DNA from: Candidatus Moanibacter sp.
GTDB lineage: Bacteria; Verrucomicrobiota; Verrucomicrobiia; Opitutales; UBA2987
Direction of reading: 5' to 3'
Assembly (NCBI GenBank): GCA_965215885.1
Contig: CBDCEW010000086.1
Span: 20,579-84,578, forward strand
DNA: 64,000 nucleotides
The notes under the pieces are model-generated. The model was not told where the DNA came from. It searched no databases and was given only the letters and a program-made list of their open reading frames with translations. The translations under genes were made by a program, and so were the position numbers. How positions within the stretch are numbered: position 1 is the first letter of the stretch; each line of letters begins with the position of its first letter. Shown here piece by piece: positions 52,625 to 62,497 of this stretch.

Positions 52625-52718
52625 AAAGATCCTCGGGGCAAGCCCCGAGGCATTTGATATTAGACTTTATGAATTAGAAACGAAGCAAGCTTCGGGGAAT
52701 TAAACCCGAAGCGATTAA
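52625..52718. repeat. Small hairpin element CCTCGGGGCAAGCCCCGAGG...AATTAAACCCGAA (related at 36724-36781 and ~32030-32050)
   Basis: Perfect hairpin 52631-52650; shared tail. Confidence 0.7.
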
Positions 52719-52880
52719 AAGCCGGGAATTGTATCTGCGATTGCCCCCTGCCCGCCAACCCGCATGATAGCGAGTTCGTCGTCAACTTAGTCGTCGTTTT
52801 CGGTCGATTCTTCGACGAAGCTTACGCCAAAGTTTACGGTTAAGTTTGGAGAGCCTTCGAATACCCGTGAGAAAAGCAGG

Positions 52881-53062
52881 CTAGCCCGAATATTTCACAA
52901 GCCATCTACTGCGACCGCGGATCTCACTTCCCATGAAGGCGATGCCTTGTCAGCCGACTTCAATGTGTCTCAACACGCTATTACCCGCCCGTCTGCTGCA
53001 ACACCTTCATGGGCAGCAATTTACGCGGCCTCGCTACGAAGTGTGTGAAATTTCCGGGCTAG
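52881..53062 (+). mobile_element. 182-bp MITE copy C
   Basis: CTAG-bounded, same TIRs. Confidence 0.85.
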
Positions 53063-54093
53063 ATGGCCCCAATAATGGAAAGAGAAGCTTCGATATTGAA
53101 GGCGACAATTTCGCCCATGGAATGGCAACCGAGGAATCTGTTGTTCTTGTGGAACTCGGCCAACTGCTGTTTTAATTGAGTCGTCTTTTCTTCGGTTGAG
53201 ATCTCGTCGGCGTGCATCGCTTCCAGGAGAACCTTCGTTCTCGCATGGGCTGACTTATACCTTCGCGCAATAAGGGTGCGTTCTTCATATTGATATTGTT
53301 TGACGGTCTCAAAATTTAAAAGGTCCATACATAGCTTAACAATAGGGAAATTTTCCTTAAAGAACTGCGGAAGATAGAGCGTTCGCGTTCCCTCGTAAGA
53401 CTGCTGGTCGAAATCGATCGCGCGGATGCGGTACTGCTCCTCCTCAAAGTCCGGTGTAATATCTACTACAAAATTGTAGGAGCGCATATCACCGAGAAGC
53501 CGCACGAAACAACGCTCGTTGAACTTGACGAATTCCTTGGCCATTCGCACGCGGCTCAGATCCTCCCTGTTTAGATATCGTCGGAAAAAATCATCTCCTG
53601 GTATACCGGCAATGTGTTCTTCGATAAGGGTCGCTTCACTGACGAGGTAACTAATGCGGTTTGGAGAGAGCAGATGTTCCAATTCCAGACCGTAAATGCG
53701 GGATGCGTCGGCCTTCTTTACATAAAAATAATCGTAGTTGTCGTTAAACTGATTAACAATTCGCACGCGAAACGGATTGGAGTTTCCAAATGTGCAGTAA
53801 TCCACCCGATCCACTTTGAGATGCTCCATGACGGAGACTTCCCCTCCTGTTTTCAGGAGTGAATAAACCTTAGTTAAACCCTCATTAATACTTTCGACAC
53901 AATAGGGATCGTAGACGGGTGTTTCCCAGAGTGTATCATTATGATCTTTGTCGAGGAGGGGAAAGGAAGTATCGAAACGAAGGAGATCTGAGTAACTTAG
54001 CGGCAACTGATAACCTCTGCCGTACTCGCTGAGATATTCTCGCAACTTATCGCCGACGGGAAAACTCTTTTTCTTCTTTGATATGGTGTTCAT
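53059..54093 (-). CDS. Conserved hypothetical protein with PI3K/HipA-like kinase motifs
   Basis: YFYVK, IEEHI, LLGDMRSYNF, RAIDFD. Confidence 0.7.
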   Translation of the reverse strand: MNTISKKKKSFPVGDKLREYLSEYGRGYQLPLSYSDLLRFDTSFPLLDKDHNDTLWETPVYDPYCVESINEGLTKVYSLLKTGGEVSVMEHLKVDRVDYCTFGNSNPFRVRIVNQFNDNYDYFYVKKADASRIYGLELEHLLSPNRISYLVSEATLIEEHIAGIPGDDFFRRYLNREDLSRVRMAKEFVKFNERCFVRLLGDMRSYNFVVDITPDFEEEQYRIRAIDFDQQSYEGTRTLYLPQFFKENFPIVKLCMDLLNFETVKQYQYEERTLIARRYKSAHARTKVLLEAMHADEISTEEKTTQLKQQLAEFHKNNRFLGCHSMGEIVAFNIEASLSIIGAI

Positions 54094-54555
54094 CGAGAGC
54101 AGCCTTTGGCTGCTGGGAGAGAGTTCAGAGTTCGGAGTTCAGGGGGGGGGGGGGAGGAAAGAGTTCAGGATGGCCTTTCCGTAATTCAATCCCGTCTGAA
54201 TGAATTCGGCCAAATGAAAACTTCCCGTTTCGCTAGTCCTGCAGTACGACAGGATGGGGTATCTGACTCTTCGGGCAATAGTTCCGAATTTTCTTTTGCT
54301 CATTGCGAAGTTGAAACCAACGTCCCCGAACCCGCCTACGCTCTGCCGTACGGCAGAGCTACGGCGTGGCAAGGGGGCCGCCTGCCTTGGCGTAGTTGCG
54401 CTTGCGCAACGGAGACGGGTTCCACCACTAATATCCTTGCTACGGGTGGATCGGGCGCCTGACCAGAGCCATATCGAAGGGCTTCGCGCACGATGACAGA
54501 CAGCGATCCGTTTACGATCTCCCGCGAGGGTTCACCTGAACTCTGAACTCCTCCG

Positions 54556-55464
54556 CTAAAGAAGCTCGTCAATAAGGCTTTGGGCTTCTTCGGCGGATAT
54601 ACCCAACTCACGATGGGCGAGGGGGCCTCCTTCGTCGAGAACCGGCTCGAGCTCATCTAAACTCTCCAAATCCGTGCGATGCCAGAGCAGCCCAATTGGA
54701 ATCTCTTCGCCCCAAAGATAGGCTTTGTCCAAAGCGGAATGGAAATCGCTCGGATCATAGCTTTCATCCTCTTCCAATATCTTCACTCTTGGCGTAAACC
54801 ATTTATAAGTGTTGTCCAGGTTGTAGGTCACGCATGGGCTGAAGACGTCGATAAGGGCAAAACCTCTATGCATAATAGCGCCTTTCATGAGCTCGATGAG
54901 GTGCTTCTGTTTACCGCTGAAACCGCGCGCCACGTAGGTCGCACCAGCCACCATTGCCATTGGCATGGGATTGATCGGATTTTCCACATTTCCATGAGGT
55001 GTGCTCTTAGTCTTCATGCCCTTTGAGCTCGTGGGAGAAGTCTGTCCCGTGGTGAGACCGTAAATTTGATTGTCCATCACGATGTAGGTGAGGTCGACGT
55101 TTCGTCTCATGGTGTGAATAAAGTGATTCCCACCAATCCCGTAGCCGTCTCCATCGCCGCCGGTAGCGATGACCTTCAGCTCGTGATTGGCGAGCTTCGC
55201 TCCCGTGGCGACGGCAAGACTGCGGCCGTGCAGAGTGTGCATACCATAAGCATTTATGAACCCGGGGAGGTTTGAAGAACAGCCAATCCCACTTATGACG
55301 AGCACCTGATAGGGTGGAAGACCGAGTTCGTAAAGTGCCTTCTGAAGTGCGTTAAGAACGGAAAAGTCACCACAACCGGGGCACCAGTCCGGATGAATTT
55401 TTCCCTTATAAGTATCTTTTTCGAGTTCCTTCGTGGTTGAAACGGTATTCGTTAAGGTGGTCAT
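54556..55464 (-). CDS. korB: 2-oxoacid:ferredoxin oxidoreductase beta subunit
   Basis: WCPGCGDF, SGIGCS, GGDGD, YGLTTGQ. Confidence 0.93.
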   Translation of the reverse strand: MTTLTNTVSTTKELEKDTYKGKIHPDWCPGCGDFSVLNALQKALYELGLPPYQVLVISGIGCSSNLPGFINAYGMHTLHGRSLAVATGAKLANHELKVIATGGDGDGYGIGGNHFIHTMRRNVDLTYIVMDNQIYGLTTGQTSPTSSKGMKTKSTPHGNVENPINPMPMAMVAGATYVARGFSGKQKHLIELMKGAIMHRGFALIDVFSPCVTYNLDNTYKWFTPRVKILEEDESYDPSDFHSALDKAYLWGEEIPIGLLWHRTDLESLDELEPVLDEGGPLAHRELGISAEEAQSLIDELL

Positions 55465-55476
55465 GGGAATCCTGTG

Positions 55477-57282
55477 CTAAACTATCATTTCATGTTGAGG
55501 AACAGAATGGGTAGTAGTTCCCGCGAGTTGGTCTTTGACGGCTTCAACAATGTGGTGAGGCATGAATGGCTCGCCGTCATATTTGCGAATAAATCCGTGC
55601 GCCTTAAATCCGGTCTCCGATCTTAGAAAGCGAGCAAACTGACCGCTGTAATTGTTCTCAACGATTATGACCCTCTTACATTTTGTGAGGAGTTCGGAGA
55701 CTACCTCATCATGAAAGGGGACTATCCATTTGATATGCAAGTGACTGGCTACGATCGCTTCCTCACCGGCCAGCTTCTCCACTGCCTCGAGAATTGTGCC
55801 CCAGGTAGAACCGAAACCGACCAGGGTTACCACCGCCTCTTCCGGACCCACCAGCTTGGGAGGTTCGATCTGTTCCAGCACCGTCTCCATCTTGCGCGCC
55901 CGCTTTTCCACCATCATTCGACGTTTGTGAGGATGGGTAAATTCGTCGCTGATGATGACACCGTCCTCGTCGTGTTCGTCAGTGGCGGCAACGTGGATGT
56001 GTCCCGGGACTCCGGGAAGAGCGCGAGGAGAGATTCCGCTCTCGGTGTTTTTATACCGCAAATAGGTGCTGTCATTATAGCCCCCAAACGGGTTCTCGTG
56101 ATCACTTCTACCGTTATTGAAGATCGTTTCGCCTCGATCGATTGGGACGTCAAAATCGAGATCGTCAGGATCGACGCTGGATGTGCCCTCGGAGATGAGA
56201 AGGTCGGAGAGGACAAGACCGGGGCATTGATATTTGTCGACGAGATTAAAGAGTACCGGTATGGTTCTAAAGAGATCGATTTCGCTCACCGGAGCCACCA
56301 GAATCTTTGGATAGTCCCCTTGGCCGGCTCCAAGCAATTGCCAAAGATCGCCTTGTTCAGTCTTTGTCGGGACACCGGTGGCGGGCCCGGCTCTCTGCAC
56401 ATCAACACAGACTACAGGGGTTTCAATCATACCGGACATACCGATCGCTTCGGTCATGAGGGCAAACCCTCCCCCTGAAGTGGCACACATCGCCCGGCAA
56501 CCGGCATGGGCGGCGCCGATGACCATATTCATAACGCCGATTTCGTCTTCCACCTGGCGCACCATTATACCGAGTTCCCGCGCATGGTCGGCAAAGTACT
56601 GCAGCACACCGGTGGAGGGACTCATGGGATAGGCGGCGTAAAATTTCACCCCCGCGGCAATCCCACCCATGGCAATCGCTTGATTACCGGTAAGGACGGC
56701 TTTGCCCTTTTCGAGGCGGGGAACTCTAAAAGGAAACGATTTGAAATTATTCCTGGAGTACTCGTATGCGCCCGAAGCAATCTCCACATTCTCCGCCACC
56801 ACAGCGTCTCCCTTTCTCAAGAAAATTCGGGTCAGTGCATTCTCAAGATCCTGAAATTCCACCCCCAGCATCTGCAGAGTCGCGGCAATAGCGACCGTGT
56901 TTCCAGCCAATTTGTTTCCCCTGGTCATCTCCTTTAAAGGTAAAGGACATACCTGGACTCCCTCTGAGGCATCTCCGTGGGTTAATTTGTCGGAATCGTA
57001 AAGTACACAGGCGCCCGCCTCAAGGTGTCTTAAGTGCCGGTCCATGGTATCCTGATTGAGCGGAATAAATACATCCAGTTTATCGCCCATGTTTCGGGCG
57101 GGACCATCACTGACGCGGACGGTAAGAAAGATATGCCCACCACGAATGATTGACTGGTAGGCGTTGTAGGCATTGAGATTGAGGCCACGACGCGCGAATA
57201 TGCGGGCCAGGATATTTCCTGGCGTCGCAATTCCTTGCCCGGCGGCACCGCCAATACCTATTGCAAAATCGATCTTCGCCAT
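55477..57282 (-). CDS. korA: 2-oxoacid:ferredoxin oxidoreductase alpha subunit
   Basis: GGAAGQG, YPMSP, EDEI, QRAGPATGVPT. Confidence 0.93.
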   Translation of the reverse strand: MAKIDFAIGIGGAAGQGIATPGNILARIFARRGLNLNAYNAYQSIIRGGHIFLTVRVSDGPARNMGDKLDVFIPLNQDTMDRHLRHLEAGACVLYDSDKLTHGDASEGVQVCPLPLKEMTRGNKLAGNTVAIAATLQMLGVEFQDLENALTRIFLRKGDAVVAENVEIASGAYEYSRNNFKSFPFRVPRLEKGKAVLTGNQAIAMGGIAAGVKFYAAYPMSPSTGVLQYFADHARELGIMVRQVEDEIGVMNMVIGAAHAGCRAMCATSGGGFALMTEAIGMSGMIETPVVCVDVQRAGPATGVPTKTEQGDLWQLLGAGQGDYPKILVAPVSEIDLFRTIPVLFNLVDKYQCPGLVLSDLLISEGTSSVDPDDLDFDVPIDRGETIFNNGRSDHENPFGGYNDSTYLRYKNTESGISPRALPGVPGHIHVAATDEHDEDGVIISDEFTHPHKRRMMVEKRARKMETVLEQIEPPKLVGPEEAVVTLVGFGSTWGTILEAVEKLAGEEAIVASHLHIKWIVPFHDEVVSELLTKCKRVIIVENNYSGQFARFLRSETGFKAHGFIRKYDGEPFMPHHIVEAVKDQLAGTTTHSVPQHEMIV

Positions 57283-57506
57283 GCTCTAAGAGTGATACGG
57301 AGTAGAGAGTTTTATTTTTTTCCAACAAGCCAAGTCAAGGTTCAAAGCCGATGACAGATTCCCGGTATTTCCTTTTCCTTGCTGTGTTACGAATTAACCT
57401 CTTGATGCATAGTAATATACGACGGTCTTTCGCACGCTTTTCGTCCGGCTTTTGAGGAAGGTATTTTTTGATATTCGACACCGCAATCGCCTCTTAGGCC
57501 GCATTT

Positions 57507-57693
57507 CTAGCCCGGACATTTCACACACTTCGTAGCGAGACCGCGTAGATTGCTGCATATCAGAGCCTTCGCGCAGTCCCGGCAAGCCGGGAACAGTGTG
57601 TTGAGACGCTCTGAGGTCGCCGGGCAAGGTAAGGCCTTGAGATGCAGTGATATCCGTGGTCGTAGCAGAAGGTTTGTGAAATGTTCGGGCTAG
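57507..57693 (-). mobile_element. 182-bp-family MITE copy D (inverted)
   Basis: CTAG-bounded, same TIRs. Confidence 0.85.
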
Positions 57694-57813
57694 AGCATAC
57701 GGTTGGGCTTTCCTCCTAAATCGATCGATCACTGTTAGGAACAGTGGGATGGCTCACTGAGAATTCTTACCTGCGAGGCCTGCAAGCGTTTCACGAATGA
57801 TCGACGGCCTTAA

Positions 57814-58599
57814 TCAATGGGTACCCTCTCCCCACTCCTGCAGTTTACTTGTGATAAATTGAACAACCTTGGCATGCTCAAGTTTTCCGTTTCCCTTAAC
57901 CCGGAGAGGATCGCCGAATTGAAAACGCACGGTACGCTCGGGATAAATTCTTCCAAGGTCCCGAATGAATCTACCCGTACTCCAGGCGTCCGTCTTTAAA
58001 GCCAACGGTACCACCGGAACTTCTGCTCGGCGTGCCAGTTTTATCCCTATGGAATTAAACGATTTCGGATCAACACGTCTCGTGCGTGTCGTCTGTGGAA
58101 ATATGACAACCGACACTTTCTCCTCCAGAAACTTCACACCGCCATCCATTATCTGCCTGAAGTCTTCTTTGGGACTCACGCGTCCCACCGCGATGGGGTT
58201 GCGACTTCTCAAGATATGTCTGAAAAAGGGGTGATTTAATAAGCTTTCCTTAACGACAAAGGTAAGTCTTCGGAAAGGGCGAATCATGCAGGGCAGGATG
58301 AGTGTTTCCAGGGTACTCATGTGATTGCCTACAAATACGCAGGGATCATTGAGCTCTTTGACAACGGAGAAGTTTTCTACAATGACACGCATTCCGACCG
58401 ATTCCGTCAGCCTGAACACGTCGGCGCTGCTTTCGACCCAGCGTTCATCGGTGTAAGCGCCACTCTTAATTTCGCGTGTCGACCGCCAGACCAGATAGGC
58501 AAAGACGGGATAAAAATACAAGCTGGGGAATAGCCGTGCTACCCCGTTCAAATTGCGATCCGGTGAGGTATATGAATCTTCGTCGAATAGAGGGATCAT
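57814..58599 (-). CDS. 1-acyl-sn-glycerol-3-phosphate acyltransferase-like protein
   Basis: NHMSTLE (HxxxxD/E), IFPQTTR, PVVPLA. Confidence 0.85.
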   Translation of the reverse strand: MIPLFDEDSYTSPDRNLNGVARLFPSLYFYPVFAYLVWRSTREIKSGAYTDERWVESSADVFRLTESVGMRVIVENFSVVKELNDPCVFVGNHMSTLETLILPCMIRPFRRLTFVVKESLLNHPFFRHILRSRNPIAVGRVSPKEDFRQIMDGGVKFLEEKVSVVIFPQTTRTRRVDPKSFNSIGIKLARRAEVPVVPLALKTDAWSTGRFIRDLGRIYPERTVRFQFGDPLRVKGNGKLEHAKVVQFITSKLQEWGEGTH

Positions 58600-58625
58600 A
58601 GAGGGTTCAGAGTTCGCTTTTGAAT

Positions 58626-59120
58626 TTAGATTACGATTATGAATCACGACGGGGAGAGCGAATTGGTAGCCTCTCTTTCATCGTTACTCATAGTCGTGAT
58701 CTTCGGTCGTTCTTTTCATCTTTCGAAATTAGATCACGATTATGAATCACGATGGGGAGATTGGATTGGTAGCCTTTCTTTTATCGTGCAGCTCAATCGT
58801 GATCTCCTCTCGATCTGTCTTTTTCAATTTTAGATTACGATTATGAATCACGATGGGAAGAGCGAATTGGTAGCCTCTCTTTGATCGTGACTTTCAATCG
58901 TGATCTCCTGTCGATCGTGACTCTCAATCGTGATCTCCTGTCGATCTGTCTATTTCGAAATTAGATCACGATTATGAATCACGATGGGGAGAGCGGATTG
59001 GTAGCCTCTCTTTCATCGTGACTCTCAATCGTGATCTCCAGTCGATCTTCCTTCTTTCGATTTTAGATTACGATTATGATTACGATGGCAGAGCGAATTG
59101 GTAGCCTCTCTTTGATCGTG
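58626..59120. repeat. Tandem array of five ~102-bp units
   Basis: Units start ~58626, 58729, 58830, 58961, 59063 with TTAGATYACGATTATGA..ATTGGTAGCCT. Confidence 0.9.
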
Positions 59121-59124
59121 GCAC

Positions 59125-60027
59125 TCAATCCTCCATATCCCTCATTCGACAATCTTCCCTATCGTATTCTATCTCAACCGTGACGTGTTGGAGTTTATAG
59201 ACATCGGCCGAGTCTCTTACGGCATTTTTGATCCTGAGTACTTCCTCTCTTCCGGCTTCGTCCTCAATCACGAGATGAGTAGTGAGAATATGCTTTTCAC
59301 CGTCGAGGGACCAGATGTGAGTATGATGAGTGGATCTTACCCCCTCGATTGCAAGAAGTGCATTTTTCAATTCTGAAATTTCGAGGTGCTCCGGAACAGC
59401 TTGGAGAAAGAGGGCGAGCGTTTTCCTGAGGTTTCCAATTGTGTGGTAGAGGACATAGGCGGTAATCAAGATTGAGAGTATGGGATCCATGATGTAGAGG
59501 TCGGTAAAAAGGAGTGCGATTCCGACGATGAGCACTGCAATCCAACCGAGGACATCTTCAAGCAAATGCCAGGCCACCATCTGAGCGTTCATCTTTTCGG
59601 TTCCGCTGACGCAGGCCACTCCTATTCCGTTCGCGATTACTCCCACAATCGCAATTATGATCATCCCGGGTGCGTGCGCGCGCTCAGGATCTAAAATCCG
59701 AGGAATGGCCACCGAAAGGATAATGAGCGATCCTACGATCAGAATGACCGCGTTGACTAATGCGCCGAGAAGAGAGAAGCGGCGATAACCATAGGAAAAC
59801 CTCGAGTCCTGTCCTTTTTGAGAGTATCTTTCCAGATACCATGCAAGTCCAAGGGAGAAACTGTCGCCCAAATCATGGAGAGCATCTGAAAATATTGCCA
59901 CGCTATTGGTCAGAAAGCCGCCTGCGAGTTCAAATACCGTGAATCCAAGGTTAAGAAAGAAGGCAGCCTTGATGTTAGAAACCGAGTCCGCCTTTCTAGT
60001 TTGGTGGGGATGTTGATGGTTTCTCAA
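59125..60027 (-). CDS. Cation diffusion facilitator (CzcD/ZitB-like)
   Basis: SDALHDLGD, HLLEDVLGW, HIWSLDG. Confidence 0.92.
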   Translation of the reverse strand: MRNHQHPHQTRKADSVSNIKAAFFLNLGFTVFELAGGFLTNSVAIFSDALHDLGDSFSLGLAWYLERYSQKGQDSRFSYGYRRFSLLGALVNAVILIVGSLIILSVAIPRILDPERAHAPGMIIIAIVGVIANGIGVACVSGTEKMNAQMVAWHLLEDVLGWIAVLIVGIALLFTDLYIMDPILSILITAYVLYHTIGNLRKTLALFLQAVPEHLEISELKNALLAIEGVRSTHHTHIWSLDGEKHILTTHLVIEDEAGREEVLRIKNAVRDSADVYKLQHVTVEIEYDREDCRMRDMED

Positions 60028-60389
60028 TCGATCAGGTCATTGATCGCCTCAACAATCTTCTTTCCGTCCAAAGGTTTGGTAAAAACCCGTTGAGCTCCAA
60101 ACTCGAGTGCCGAGTCGAGAGCGTCGCGTGTCCCCACACGGCCGCCTCCGGAAAATGCGATGATTTTGACATCGGGATAGGCCTCTCGCAAATGCAGTAT
60201 GGTTTCAATCCCATCTTTGTCCGGCATGAAAATGTCGGTGATTACGAGATCGATAGGACTCCTGTCCATCATCATAATTCCTTCATGGCCGGTAGACGCC
60301 TCCTCGATTTGGTGGCCAATGGGCTCCAGGAGATCGCGAAGCAGAGACCTTAAATCCGGCTCGTCATCAATTATGAGGATGCGTCCCAT
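60024..60389 (-). CDS. Single-domain response regulator
   Basis: IIDDE, TDIFMP, KP. Confidence 0.9.
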   Translation of the reverse strand: MGRILIIDDEPDLRSLLRDLLEPIGHQIEEASTGHEGIMMMDRSPIDLVITDIFMPDKDGIETILHLREAYPDVKIIAFSGGGRVGTRDALDSALEFGAQRVFTKPLDGKKIVEAINDLID

Positions 60390-60407
60390 GGCAGGACGGA
60401 AGGAGTC

Positions 60408-60902
60408 TCACTTATGCAGACTGGAGAAAAGTGAGATTGCGTAGCGGGCATCAATTCTCCGCAATCTTCTGCTCACTTCTCTGGCCAGGTTGCTGAGAAT
60501 GGTGGTATACACGGTGGAACTGGTGGCGTCGATTATGGCCAACGCTTCCTGAGATAGTATCAGGAGAATCGTGTCTTCCGTAGCCTTGACTGTGGCGGAT
60601 CGTTCAAGTCGATCGATTATAGCCATCTCACCAAAAGTCTCTCCTGTTCGAAGAGTGGCAATTTTCAATTGTGATCGTTCTTCCGTATCCGGAACTTCCT
60701 TTAAAATATCAACCCTGCCTTCGACGATAAGATAAAGACTGTCTCCGGACTCTCCTTCCTCTACGATTGTCTCACCCGCTCCCACATTTTCCTGTTTCAT
60801 CCGGGCCAGCACGTTTAACAAATCATTTTCCACCACTCCTCTGAAGAGTGCGTGGGATCTAAGGAAGCTGAGGGATACCCTACTCGCTGTGATTTCTTTC
60901 AT
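60408..60902 (-). CDS. Stand-alone cyclic nucleotide-binding domain protein
   Basis: GETFGEMA...RSATV. Confidence 0.9.
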   Translation of the reverse strand: MKEITASRVSLSFLRSHALFRGVVENDLLNVLARMKQENVGAGETIVEEGESGDSLYLIVEGRVDILKEVPDTEERSQLKIATLRTGETFGEMAIIDRLERSATVKATEDTILLILSQEALAIIDATSSTVYTTILSNLAREVSRRLRRIDARYAISLFSSLHK

Positions 60903-61078
60903 GGCTCAATATACCTCGCTGAACAATGGAATTATTACGATTAGATATAGAATAGCGATTTTGGACGATATTTCCACACTTAAAATTCGGAATCTAACGC
61001 GAGATTGACGATAGAGGGCATGTCGTCTCAGAAGCCTCACCGCCGTGTTCGACGCGACCGTAGCCCGCTCTTCTCAGT

Positions 61079-62179
61079 TCAGCGAGATTTCTTCCTAAAC
61101 GTTCCAGGGTGGAACTTCCAGTCCAGGTAATCATTCATGCGGGTTGAATCCAGAATCCCAATTACTCGATGCTGAATACATACTGGATATATCAACTGTT
61201 CGTTTCGCAGAAGAGAGTCAGCGAATAACTCCAACGGCCACTCCGCCTGCAAGACGGTGAATCTCTTTCGAGCCTTGGGAAGGAGAATTTCATCATGATA
61301 CCCTCGAGTGGCGAGTTTACTGAGAGTATCTGCATCAATAATTCCTCTAACCCTTTCATCTTGGATGAGCAGAATGCATTTTGCGGGACGTTCTCGCGTC
61401 AGGTCTAACGCTTCGCCAACAGTCGAATTCACGTCTAAGGCGACAAAGTCTTTTTCAACGATATCAAATACTTTGACTCCACGAAACGCCTCGCGCCGCT
61501 TAACAAGAGAATACTCGAGTTCTCCTCCAATAAAGATGAAAGCAAAAAGGGCAGCGGTAATCCAGTTGTTGAGATAGAATAGCGCGACTATGATTCCCGC
61601 CAGAGCCAGAGGTTTGGCAACGATTACAGCGAGCCGCGTGGAGGCCAAGTAGGATAACCTGAGCGCGAGCAATGCTCGAAGGATGCGGCCTCCATCCATG
61701 GGGAAGACGGGCAAAAGATTGAACAAGCCCATTAGGAAGTTGAATACCAGGAGAAGCTTAATAAGCCCGTTCCAATCATAGTGGATATCGAATGCAAACC
61801 AAAGAGCGGGTTGCCCCATACCGAAGTAGAGCAGGGCGCCGATTGCAAAATTTACGGAGGGTCCCGCCAGCGTTATCAACAACTCCTTGACGGGATGTCT
61901 TGGAATGTTTCCAAACTGTGCCATGCCTCCTATGGGGAGCAGAAGGATGCGGTAAATCGGTATTCGATAGGCGCGCGCCACGAGGCAGTGGCCCAGTTCG
62001 TGAAGGACTACACAGGAAAAAATCAGGATTATGGCTGAAGTGCTCCAGAGGCCACCGATGACGCCCGCTTCCATCCAACCCTCATACGCAACCCAGATAA
62101 GGAGGAGGAGGAAAGTTAAGTGCAACTCCAGTTGAATTCCAAAGAGACGGAACAGTTTGATTGACCAGAACTTTCTCAT
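61079..62179 (-). CDS. Site-2 protease (M50) with CBS-like C-terminus
   Basis: HELGH, NLLPVFPMDGGR. Confidence 0.9.
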   Translation of the reverse strand: MRKFWSIKLFRLFGIQLELHLTFLLLLIWVAYEGWMEAGVIGGLWSTSAIILIFSCVVLHELGHCLVARAYRIPIYRILLLPIGGMAQFGNIPRHPVKELLITLAGPSVNFAIGALLYFGMGQPALWFAFDIHYDWNGLIKLLLVFNFLMGLFNLLPVFPMDGGRILRALLALRLSYLASTRLAVIVAKPLALAGIIVALFYLNNWITAALFAFIFIGGELEYSLVKRREAFRGVKVFDIVEKDFVALDVNSTVGEALDLTRERPAKCILLIQDERVRGIIDADTLSKLATRGYHDEILLPKARKRFTVLQAEWPLELFADSLLRNEQLIYPVCIQHRVIGILDSTRMNDYLDWKFHPGTFRKKSR

Positions 62180-62497
62180 CTTCCAGTCCCGGCAGGCCGA
62201 GATCGGAATGAAACCGGGTGCATCGTTCGAAGGAGGCAGAAAGTCCGATCCCGGCCTGTCGGGACTAGGCAGAATGTGGTGCCTCCAGTGAATTCGTCAA
62301 GAAGCAAGAGGCGGAGAAGTAGCAGAGTTTAAGAGCTGCAATCCCCGAAGCTTGACCTTCCCGTTGGATCCCGGCAGCCTTCCCGCAATGGATGCGCCTG
62401 TTCACCCCGCCCGCTGTGATCGGGTGCACGTAGCGCCCGCAGAGCCATCTATCATCATTTGACCAAAGGCATCCGCACCCGCGCTACATTCTGAATT

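Noticed and set aside
54142..54154. Long G homopolymer as a phase-variation switch
   Set aside because: Intergenic, inside a short-period repeat; no evidence of function and length may be unreliable
58626..59120. Possible CRISPR array
   Set aside because: Whole units are similar with no unique spacers; no cas genes in the window
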